Shown piece by piece: positions 51,701 to 62,028 of a stretch of DNA of 64,000 nt. Under the pieces are notes generated by a model. It ran no database searches, was not told the DNA's origin, and saw nothing but the letters and a program-made list of their open reading frames with translations. This stretch comes from Antedon mediterranea (lineage: Eukaryota; Animalia; Echinodermata), in NCBI RefSeq assembly GCF_964355755.1, contig NC_092678.1:14782371-14846370 (forward strand). Direction: 5' to 3'. Both the position numbers and the translations under genes were made by a program. The number at the start of each line of letters is the position of its first letter. Positions within the stretch are counted from its first letter, which is position 1.

Positions 51701-54018
51701 ATACATACTAATTTGAATATGCAGTGATAAGCAAAAACGAATGTTTAAATTCATTATTTATAATATTGTAATTGTAATTATTACATACAGGGTAGGCATA
51801 TATGCCTTATGTCATTGCATAGGGTATATATAACCAGGTATTCTCATAATAAACATTATTTAAATAAAATACTGTAAATATATTAAAACTAAAAATAATA
51901 ATAATTAAATAATAATATATAGGCGTAGAGCCTAGACCTAATTAGGTAGTCTACTTATACCTAGCCTATTGCTCTAGGCTAGGCTAAATAAGCTGGAAAG
52001 CTGCTTCTCTGTAGGCTGCTAGTGTTAGAGAGCACAGGTCTAGCTAGTATATTAAAATAAAAATAGGGCCTATAATATAGGCCTAGCCTACCCAGCCAGT
52101 GGTAGTGATTGATTGTTAATATTGAAAATTAATAGCATGGTAAACACAATTTAAAATTTACTAGTTCTTGAGCAATAAAATAAACTTACCTACTGTATAT
52201 AGATGGTAGGCTGCTAGGTATTGGTCCAAATCTGTTTAAAATGTTTTTGCCACTTCGGGTTGCCGCTATGTACCTAAAAAATAGTAAAACATTATTATAA
52301 GAATTACTTAAAATTAGCTTATCAAATTTAATATGGTTGCATACATACTAATTTGAATATGCAGTGATGAGCAAAAACGAATGTTAAAATTCATTATTTA
52401 TAATAATTGTAATTATTACATACAGGGTAGGCATATATGCCTTATGTCATTGCATAGGGTATATATAACCAGGTATTCTCATAAGAAACATTATTTAAAT
52501 AAATACTGTAAATATATTAAACAAAAATTAATAATAATTAAATAATATTAGGCCTATATAGGCGTAGAGCCTAGCCTAATTAGGTAGCCTACTTATACCT
52601 AGCCTAATTGCTCTAGGCTAGGCTAAATAAGCTGGAAAGCTGCTTCTCTGTAGGCTGCTGCTAGTGATAGAGAGCACAGGTCTAGCTAGTATATTAAAAT
52701 AAAAATAGGGCCTATGATATAGGCCTAGCCTACCCAGCCAGTGGTAGTGATTGATTGTTAATATTACAAATTAATAGCATGGTACACAATTTAATATTTG
52801 CTACTTCTTGAACAGCAAAATAATCTTACCTATATAGATGGTAGGTATGGTCCAAATCTGCTTAGCCACTTCAGGTTACTGCTCTATATATGTATCTACA
52901 ATAGTATAACATTAATAATTATTATAACAATTTTATAAAATTAACTTAACTTATTAAATTTAATATGATTGCATACTAATTTGAATATGCAGTGATGAGC
53001 AAAACCGAATGTTAATATGATGCTTGTCATTATTTATATTGTAATTATTACATACATATAGGCCTATAATATTCCCTATTGCATACATGTTACATAGGGT
53101 ATATATAATCCTCATAATATTAAATTTACAGTTTTTGTAATGAATACTGTAAATTTAATAAAACTAAAATTAATTATAATGATTAAATAATATTAAAAAT
53201 ATATAGGCCTAGGCGTAGATCCTGGGCCTAATTTTAATTAGGTAGCCTACTAATACCTATTAGGCTAGTAGGCTAGCCTACTCAAGGCCAGGCTAACTAA
53301 GCTGGAAAGCTGCTTCTCTGTAGTAGGCTGCTAGAGAACACAGGTCTAGCAAGGGCCTAGGCCTAGTATTAAAATAAAAATAGGGCCTATAATATTGGTA
53401 TATGCCTACCCTACCCAGCCAGGCCTAAATAATTAAAATAATGTAACATTTCCAAACTAATTTGGGTCAGCTGTCACATGAAAGGCAGTGTTGCAACTAG
53501 AGTAGACATAAGCCTAAGCCTAAAAATGACACAATTTGAAACGGCCATAGCTCAAAAATTCAACCATCACCTCTCGACCATTACTATGTTATAACATTCA
53601 CAGATAACTAAATTATCATGCAGTACCAAAGAATTAGAGTGAAAATTACATTTTTTAAAGATACGGACAAACAAACATGTACCTAATTTGGAAATGTCAC
53701 TCACGTGCGTCAATTGGTCTATGCTTGTAATTTATGGTCCACCCTTCCATTAATTTTCAGCGTTACATTCCTTCTTAAAAACAAAACGACAACGTGCTTG
53801 TTTCATCCAGGGACTCTTTAATGAATATTCATATTTTTAGCGACCCTTTATTTTTTTATCTCATTCTCATTGGCTGTTTAAAACATGTCTTTAAATGACG
53901 TTTGACTCCACTCTGCACACGTGGATTTGTAAGTAATTGTTTATGTATTGTTACTCCAGCGATACGACTTGTAACGTTGAGGGCGCATGACTTAATTCGT
54001 ATGTTTGAAACAGCTGTG
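48786..54018 (+). mobile_element. Chapaev-like DNA transposon, internally deleted
   Basis: TIR CACAGCTGTTTCAA...TTGAAACAGCTGTG with 4-bp TSD TAAC (48782-48785, 54019-54022). Transposase relics: FHEKALRSTCFCCG (Chapa-like Zn finger, ~49670) and PKLHMLEHHAIAFMREWKGVSEQGGELIHAKLN (~50405-50505). Confidence 0.82.
50816..53420. repeat. ~643-bp tandem array, 4 units, inside the Chapaev-like element
   Basis: AGTGATTGATTGTTAA...TAGCATGGTAAACACAATTTAAAATTTACTAGTTCTTGA recurs at ~50816, 51462, 52103 and 52746. Confidence 0.9.
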
Positions 54019-54024
54019 TAACAC

Positions 54025-55120
54025 CTTTAAGACAATATGTATATTTTAGTTTGACTGGTGGGCATATTCACTCTGTCATGAATGTATTTGAATAGGTACT
54101 CATACTTTTAGTCAACTTTATATTATATTATTATAGTGTTGTATAGTTTCAGTAAATCGGAAACTGGAACAGACCGGACGGAAATAAACATTTGTGGAAT
54201 GAAGAAGTGAACGGTATTTGCATAGTCTAGAGCTTTATTGGTAGTACATGATATATAATCCATCAACATGATGATTTCAACTCTAGTTTTATAAATATTT
54301 GTATTATGCTACACAGTAGTTAATGCAATGATAGATATTTACTCAAAGTCTATATTCACCTAAATATGAATTAATTTTGGTAGTCATGCGAAAACCCTGA
54401 ATTTTGAATGATAACGACCGAGTTCACAATCATTATAGGCCTAGTTCTACACTTTATTTGTTTAAACAAGAAGCTACGGTTATGCAGAAAAAAGCATAAC
54501 TAATCTGTGTGGGTTATTCGGTTGGAGTGTCGTATAATTATATGTAAGTTGTTTAGCTTCTACTGTTTCTATTTGTAAATTTTACACTACATTTATGCTA
54601 GTATAAATTGCATTCTGAATGTAATGCAGCATAAGTTATTTTTTTTTTCATTTCTCGCCTCTTGAAGGTATTTATTTTTCTCTGTTTGGCCAACAGTGTA
54701 TTTATATTATTGTGACGTAGTCAAGCTTATATATGTTTTGATTTCAATTTTATTAATAAGGTTAATATTTTCAATCAATGTGCAGTTTTACAGTTATCGG
54801 GACCCAATGTTTAATTAATTCAGGTAATGAATAGATTACAGCTATTTTAGCTTGTATTTTGGCTTTTAATAGAAAGTCTATAATGTCAAGTTTTCCAGTT
54901 TGTTTTTCGTGCACACTATCTAAAATAAAAACTAATTCGTCACTTTCACAAACTATAAATACTTTTTATGATAAATATAATTTTCCTCACACTCAGGGTT
55001 GGTTTACTTAGTTAAGTGACTTCCGGGTACGCGTGCCCTCATTCGGCAGCATTTTGTTTTCAATCATGCTAAAAAAAGAAATTAGAGAGGGCGTTATCGA
55101 TTCAATTGAATAGGCCGATG
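54025..55120. repeat. ~1.1-kb diverged direct repeat, copy B
   Basis: Collinear with 47185-48270. Confidence 0.8.
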
Positions 55121-55135
55121 TATGAGGAGATGACG

Positions 55136-55178
55136 TTATTACCTCCGTCAAGGAGGTTATGTTTTCACCCTGTATGTT

Positions 55179-55210
<32 letters not shown>

Positions 55211-55745
55211 TGTTTGTGTGTTTGTTGTGTGTTTGTGTGTGTGTGTCTGTGAACAGCCTGGAGGCCACAGTTTTTATCCGATTCTAACCAAATTTGGACA
55301 CAATGATCTATGCCCAAAAAGCTCGGAAGAGTTAGAATTTGAGGGGGAAAGGTCATAGGTCAAGGTCACGACTAACAAAAAACTAATTTACTGCCTAGAG
55401 AACACCGTTTTGATCCGATTCTCACCAAACTTAGCCACAATGATCAATGATACATCATATAATTGTCGTTAAATTTTGAAGGGCCAGGGTCAAAGATCAA
55501 GGTCCACAAAAAGCAAAAAAAAATAAATAAAAAAATAATAAAAAAAAAAACCCTCAGTGGGGCTTGAACCAGCGATCTCAACTGTGAGAGGCTGGATACA
55601 TAACCATTACACCACACTATAATCCACAACTTTGTAGTGTGCAGTTAACATATTTACACTTAGAACTAATACAAAAAAATGTTTAAAAAAAAATATTCAT
55701 GGGGCATTTTATGTAGGGGAATTTTACAGTAGGCGGAGGTTTGTA
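55136..55745 (+). mobile_element. Helentron/HINE-like element of a second family, cut at its 3' end
   Basis: TTATTACCTCCGTCAAGGAGGTTATGTTTTCACC, (GT)n microsatellite and subterminal inverted GGCGGAGGT at 55732-55740. The expected 3' hairpin is absent. Confidence 0.7.
55551..55620 (-). pseudogene. tRNA-derived (Glu-CTC-like) sequence inside the HINE-like element
   Basis: Minus strand GTGGTGTAATGGTTATGTATCCAGCCTCTCACAGTTGAGATCGCTGGTTCAAGCCCCACTGAGGG then a T-run. A box, B box and CTCTCAC loop are present; stems are imperfect. Confidence 0.55.
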
Positions 55746-55824
55746 AGTAGAAGCAGTGAAAGACCAGCCCAAAGTTAACCTTGGTGTATTTTCATAATTA
55801 ATTAATTAGATTTCCTTTTATTGT

Positions 55825-56010
55825 AATAATTAAATTATTCTTAATTAATGAAGGTCATTCTTTTCCTGGTTTCATAATAATTAAATTATTCTTAATTAAT
55901 GAAGGTCATTCTTTTCCTGGTTTCATAATAATTAAATTATTCTTAATTAATGAAGGTCGTTCTTTTCCTGGTTTCATAATAATTAAAATTATTCTTAATT
56001 AATGGAGGTC
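55825..56010. repeat. 51-bp tandem repeat, ~3.6 copies, in the putative Polinton TIR
   Basis: AATAATTAAATTATTCTTAATTAATGAAGGTCATTCTTTTCCTGGTTTCAT at 55825, 55876 and 55927, partial at 55978. Confidence 0.9.
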
Positions 56011-56372
56011 TTTCTTTGTTTATGGACGTTATTTATTAATATATTTATTTACATTTAGAAGGTGTTATGTAATGGTCCATAATTCGGTATTTCCTTGTTT
56101 TCTTTGTAGGAGATTAATTAATCTAATTATTTCGGGTTTCCGTTCTGTCTTTGTTATTATTTTTGATGGTCAATTTTAATTATTATTTCCGCCAGGTGTT
56201 TCTTTGTCTCTTAATTATTATTTTTGGCGCGAGGTTCTAGTACGTGGTGAATGACGACAATACTTTTTTTTATGATTTAAGACGGTGTAACAAAGTGAAT
56301 CGGTTATTGTTGTACTATTTTCCTGTTTTTTTGTCTATTTTTGCGTAGAGTATCTCTTTACAGTATTTCATT

Positions 56373-56636
56373 ATGTCTGGAAGTATATAATTTTCGCAAT
56401 GGAGTTGTGCAGATACTGTTATAATAATTAGCGATGATGAGGAGACTGTTGTTCCAGGCAGTGATATAGATGATCGTTACATGGAGGCCGAAGAGGTTTC
56501 CCCCGCGGGTATAGATGAAGGAGTCAAGAGGAGTAACAGGCCTACAAGTTGTATATTTACGTACGTAGACGAGGTGGAGAGAGAATTTTTGTTGAAAATG
56601 GAGCGTTTGACTAAACAACCAGTTGTTTCCTTTTAA
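56373..56636 (+). pseudogene. Small acidic ORF (87 codons plus stop, one early in-frame stop) with a SIM-like motif
   Basis: MSGSI*FSQWSCADTVIIISDDEETVVPGSDIDDRYMEAEEVSPAGIDEGVKRSNRPTSCIFTYVDEVEREFLLKMERLTKQPVVSF*. GC-richer than its flanks. Confidence 0.5.
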
Positions 56637-56931
56637 TTGTTTGCAGTACTTCCCGTTTAGGTATAATAAATTATTTTTCTGGCCCGTATTTTTGATTTGT
56701 CCTTTCACTACATCTCTCCATTTTTCCCTTTGTTGTTTTAATTAAGGTGTTTCCTGGGTCCATGTTTTCCGTTTGGTCGAAGGCTAAATCTAATGGTCAC
56801 TGTTGTGGGAAGGTCTTCCTAATTATTTAAGGGTTGTTTGACCAATCTTAATAGCGGACACATTTCCTAAAGGAAGTTCTAAATACCTTTGTTTGCATAT
56901 ATTTTTTAATTTAATTAGTGTCATGGGATGG

Positions 56932-56964
56932 TATAAAAACGTAAGTGTGGGTAATTTTTCATTC
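56932..56964 (+). promoter_or_regulatory. TATA box plus initiator upstream of the PolB first exon
   Basis: TATAAAA at 56932, TCATTC at 56959 (27 bp later) and ATG at 57012. Confidence 0.55.
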
Positions 56965-57011
56965 GCTTACTTACTGATTATCTAAGACTTATTACTGATT
57001 TTTTTTTTACA

Positions 57012-60000
57012 ATGGCTCATTACGTATCATCATCATCATCTTCCGATTCTAACGATAGCTTGTTTATCGAATGCCAGAGAGCAGTTGAAGCTATCATTAG
57101 TTTATCGCGGAATAATGTCGAAAATATCGATACCGACGATGTTATCCCCGATATTGGACTACTAGAAGATTTCGTATTTAATGACCAGGATCTTGATTTG
57201 GATGTTAGCCAGAGTGTTTCTGAAGCCGATAGCCTCTCATTTTCGGATATTTGCAATAATGCTATTGAGATAGTGCAGGAGCTATCGGCTAATTTGTGTA
57301 TTGATGACGTAGAAGTAAGTGTTTGTTTATTTTATTTTTTACGTAATATTTATTTTACCGTGTATAATTCTTAAAAGTAGATTGTGTGTAACCGAACGTG
57401 TGTTTACAGCGTTTTACGGCTTCTTTGTGTTTCTTTCTAATTTATTTATTTATTTTTTAATTTTTTTTTTACCGTGTATATCTCATAAAGTAGTAGTTTA
57501 TGTAATTGGGGCATTTACAAAGTGTTTCTGCATTTACAGTTTATTTACGTTTTCCTTTCTAATTTATCTATTTATTTTTTTTTTTTGTACGGTGTTGGTG
57601 CTCACACCAAATGTTTGAGATTGAGAGGAAATGTCGAGATTAATGATTCAGTGGAGTCTTCGATTATTGAGGTAACTATCGTTTTATTTTCTTTACTACT
57701 GTTGTTGTTGTTGTTGTTGTTGTTTTTCTCTTTTTGTTTTCAGCCTGTACCCATACAATACGGAAGGGGCGTTAATAGATAGAGGCTCAGAATCGAAGAC
57801 GGAGAAGAATTTGCCGATATTCATACTGTTGAAGACGAGGACCTTAATCTTGATGAGGTAGAGTTGAATCACTTCTGTAGAATCATTCAATTAGCTGATA
57901 GGTTTAACCAACGTTTTAACGCGCCTATTAGCGATTTTTTAGTTAATTTTTTTAATATTGATCATTTAAGTTTAGAGGTGTTTCTGCCCACACTGTATCG
58001 AATTTTCGAGCATGTCGTCGATAATCTCTGCATTAACGTGCATGTCGACGACATGCTTCGAATAGTCATACAGGCTGAGGGGTTAGATTCACCTATCTCT
58101 ATCCCTTTTGGACGGAGGGGCCATCTTACGGCTGACGTTATTTTTGCAGCCATTATGAAGGTCCTTCAGTCCAAAACGGATATTTTTTTATTAATAACAA
58201 GTTTAAATTTAACGTTCTCCATATGAGAATGCCTAGGGGAGGGGGTATTAGAAGAAACGGTATCGACATACTGCTTAACACTCAAAGTATAATTAAGATT
58301 AAGAATGATGATAACGAAACTATCTGCTGCGCACGCGCAATTGTTACGGGTATTTCCATGCTCGAAGACAAAATTAACAACGTGGTTAGATGGAATAACG
58401 TTAGACAAGGTAGGGGTCAGCAAAAAATAGCCGCCCTTCATTTACTTAGAGATTCGGGGGTTAGGGAGCATACTTGCGGCATCGAGGAAATAAAAAAGAT
58501 GCAATCAAAATTACAAATTATCAAATTATTGTCATTTCAAAAGACAATTTAAATTTTTAGTCATTTTAGCGGCGATTTTCGAAAAAAGCAGATATATCTT
58601 TATCATCATTCTAATCATTACGATCTCATAACCACAATGACAGGTTTTCTAAAAATTGGTTATTTCTGCAATAGGTGTTTTAAGGGGTATAATCACAAGT
58701 ACCAACACAATTGTCAATTTACGTGCGTGCTGTGCAAGCACAACGACTGCCCCTCTTCTAATTCTTTTGTAAATAGAGAGAGTAGAATAGAGTGTAAAGA
58801 ATGTAAAAGATTTTTTAAGGATACGCAATGTTTCACCAATCATAAAAAATCTCCTGATTCTAAAAAAGTTTCAGTATGTGACAAAATTAAAAATTGTTCA
58901 ACTTGTAATAGGATCGTTCAAAAAGATCACAATTGTCAAAACCGTTTTTGTAGAATTTGTCGGACTTTCGTTTCATACGATCATCAATGCTACATGGAAC
59001 CGGTTGTAGCCCCTAAGCATAATGAAAAAAAGTTTAAGAATCAGGAGGCCCGTAACAGAGCTGTCACTAAATATTTGTTTTTTGATTTCGAATGCACGCA
59101 AGATACAGGCGAACACAAACCAAATTTATGCGTTCTTCAAAAAACTTGTCTTAATTGTATCGACGGTGCTAATGATTCCGCCGATTGTGACGTGTGTGGG
59201 GAGAAATCAATGGTTTTTCACAGGGGGTCTGCATGCGTAGATTTCTGCAATTACGTATTCAAAGATTACAAATATAACGATAATATTACGTGTATCGCTC
59301 ACAACTTCAAGGGTTATGATAGCTACTTCGTGCTCAACTACCTGTACAAAAACTCCATTGTACCGGATGTAATTGCTCGCGGTGGTAAACTTATTTCGAT
59401 TAGGACTAAAGAAACGAACATTCGATTCATCGATTCCCTTTCATTTCTGCCCATGCCTCTATCCAAATTGCCCAAAACTTTTGGCATCTCCGAACTTAAA
59501 AAGGGTTACTTTCCTCATTATTTCAATTCTGTAGAAAATCAAAATTACGTAGGTCCTTACCCCGATTCTTCAAATTATTCCCCCGATAAAATGACTACTT
59601 CATGTCGAAAATCTTTCTTTAAATGGTACAACCAGAAAATTGAAAGTAGTCAATTATTTGATCTTCAAAAAGAACTCGTCGAGTATTGTATCAGCGATGT
59701 AGATATTCTCAGAAAGTGTTGTCTTACTTTTAGACATCTTTTTTTGAAAATGACTATATCGCCGAAAAACCCTCTACTCGGCGGTGTTGACCCCTTTTCA
59801 AATAATTTAATGACAATTGCCTCAGCGTGTAACCACGCATTTTCAGGAAATTTTTTTAAGCTATCCGCCATCGCTCTATTTCCACCATCAGGGTATCTAA
59901 CAACCGTTAACCATTCTCATTCTAGCATGGAATGGTTGTGTTACGATTCGCATAAAAGGGGGGACTTTATCCATCATGCCAGAAATGGAGGGGACAAAAT

Positions 60001-61669
60001 GTTTGGACCTGACTTTGTCGACGGCGCATGTTTAGAAAATAAAATAAATTTCGAATTTATGGGTTGTTTATTCCACGGGTGCCAAGATTGTTATAGACCC
60101 GATTCCATTAATCCCTTCAATAACGAGACCATGTTGGAATGCTTTGTCAAGACAAGCAAGAAATCACGGTTTCTGAAGAAACAATTTCCAGATTTCGAGT
60201 ACGTCGAAATTTGGGGGCACGAATGGAAACGGATCAAACAATCGTTGGCCCCAAACATTAAATCTATCGTCTCCAAAGTTCCTTTAATTAGGCAAACTTT
60301 GAATCCAAGAGACGCGTTTTTCGGTGGGAGGACTAATGCCAGTTGTTTGTTCTATAAGGTAAAACCGGGTGAAGAAATTAATTACATCGATTATACTTCC
60401 TTGTACCCTTATGTAAATAAATACGGTACCTACCCCGTAGGGCATCCTGAAATCAATGATCGCAACGACATGTCCACAGATATCAACGATTATTTCGGCT
60501 TGATAAAGTGTACAATCGAAGCGCCTAAAAAATTATTTCATCTGGTCTTACCTTATAGATCAAACGGTAAATTAATGTTTGTTCTCTGTAGAACATGCGC
60601 CGATTCTCAACAACAAACCGCTTGCAATCATTCCGGTACAGATAGAAAATTTACAGGTTCTTGGGCAACGATCGAAGTCGCTAAAGCCGTGGAAGTTGGG
60701 TACGAGATACGTACAGTTCCCGTAGTATGGCACTTTAAAAATAAAAGCGCGTACTCTGCAGATTCTCCCTCGTCCGGTCTATTTGCCTCTTACATTAACA
60801 CGTTTTTAAAATTGAAACAAGAAGCTTCGGGTTGGCCTGAATGGTGTAAAACGCCCAAAGATAAACAAAAATACATTTCGGACTATCGAACCGTAGAAGG
60901 TATCGACCTGAATCATGACAACATTGCGTAAAATCCTGGGCTTCGATCTCTGGCCAAATTAATGCTAAATAGTTTTTGGGGTAAATTTGGCCAGCGTGAA
61001 AATCTCACGAGAAATAAATATACGCAAGATCCTAACGAGGTTTACGATATTTTATCGAACCCTGGGATAACCGTTCACGACATAAATTTTGTTAATGATG
61101 ATCTGGTGGAGGTAAAATACGAGGACGAGGAACAATTTGCTGCAGTTAACCGAAAGGTTAACGTTGTCATTGCCGCATTTACCACAGCATTAGCGCGTTT
61201 AAAATTGTACGAACTGTTGGAGCAATTACAGGAGGGCGTCCTGTATTACGATACCGACAGCGTAATCTACGTATCAAAATCCGGATTTTGGGACCCTCCC
61301 CTGGGCGATTATTTGGGTCAGTTAACGACCGAGGTCGATCCTAAAGATGGTAAATTCATCGATTCCTTCGTTTCTGGGGGGCCTAAGAACTACGCCTATA
61401 AATTGGATACGGGGAAGACCGTTTGTAAAGTTAAGGGTTTTACCCTTAACTTTACAAACGCTCAGAAAATTAATTTTGACACCGTCTCCAATATGGTAAG
61501 GGGTGTTGGCCCCGATACAATTAAGACAGTTGAGAAGAATCGCATAACGCGCAAGCCAAAAACACGAAAGATAGTCAACGAAACATCGACTAAAGACTAT
61601 CGAATCGTGTACGACAAAAGAATTATTATCGAAAATTATCGCACAGTTCCTTACGGTTATGTTTGGTGA
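57012..61669 (+). pseudogene. Protein-primed family B DNA polymerase (Polinton/adintovirus type), disrupted, probably spliced at its 5' end
   Basis: ExoI FFDFECTQD, ExoII AHNFKGYDSY, ExoIII YCISDVDIL, motif A YIDYTSLYP, motif B KLMLNSFWGKFGQ, motif C YYDTDSV, then GPKNY and KVKGF. OTU-like NDD..ICCARAI...NHYD, Cys-rich Zn region, and Vsr-like VDG..FEFMGCLFHGC..EIW insert. Stops at 57780 and 60929; frameshifts at ~58185, ~58515 and ~58560. AATAAA at 61678. Confidence 0.92.
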
Positions 61670-62028
61670 ATCAATGCAATAAATTTCTTTTTAAAAATGT
61701 AAACAAATTTTGTTATAGATAATGTTTTGTTACTCTTTATAAATTTGTTACCGTTCCACCCTTTTCGTAGTTTAAGCAAAATATAATTGTAGTTTTAATG
61801 TAAATATATTTATATAAATAATGTTTATACCTGTTTTATAAAGTCGATTTTGTAGATAAAGTAAATAATTATATTTCGTAATTTTAATTTAAATATTTTT
61901 CCACTTGAATTCTTATGTCGATACCGTTTCTCTTTTTGTAGATTAAAGATGATATGAAACGATTCCAAAAAGTTTGATTTTATGTTTTCAACACGTAGTA
62001 TATACTGTTACATACAGCTGACTGTTAG

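Larger units (their letters stand above)
55746..62020 (+). mobile_element. Polinton/Maverick-like element, left portion (right end not seen)
   Basis: Abrupt start AGTAGAAGCAGTGAAAGACCAGCC (5'-AG terminus), subterminal 51-bp tandem repeats and a protein-primed PolB gene. No integrase, ATPase or capsid gene in the window. Confidence 0.75.

Noticed and set aside
48786-54018. ProtoRAG/RAG-like transposon (CACAG terminus, RAG1-like motifs)
   Set aside because: The TSD is 4 bp rather than 5, and I saw no RSS nonamer or RAG2-like gene. Chapaev explains it better.
47185-55120. Direct repeats as the LTR pair of a retroelement
   Set aside because: No TG..CA ends, PBS, PPT, TSD or retroviral coding. 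The interior is a DNA transposon with its own TSD.
55551-55620. Functional tRNA-Glu gene
   Set aside because: Acceptor and anticodon stems pair poorly and it lies inside a transposon; kept only as a tRNA-derived relic.
56358-56708. 116-aa minus-strand ORF from the track
   Set aside because: No recognisable motif. The opposite-strand acidic frame, co-oriented with PolB, better explains the composition.
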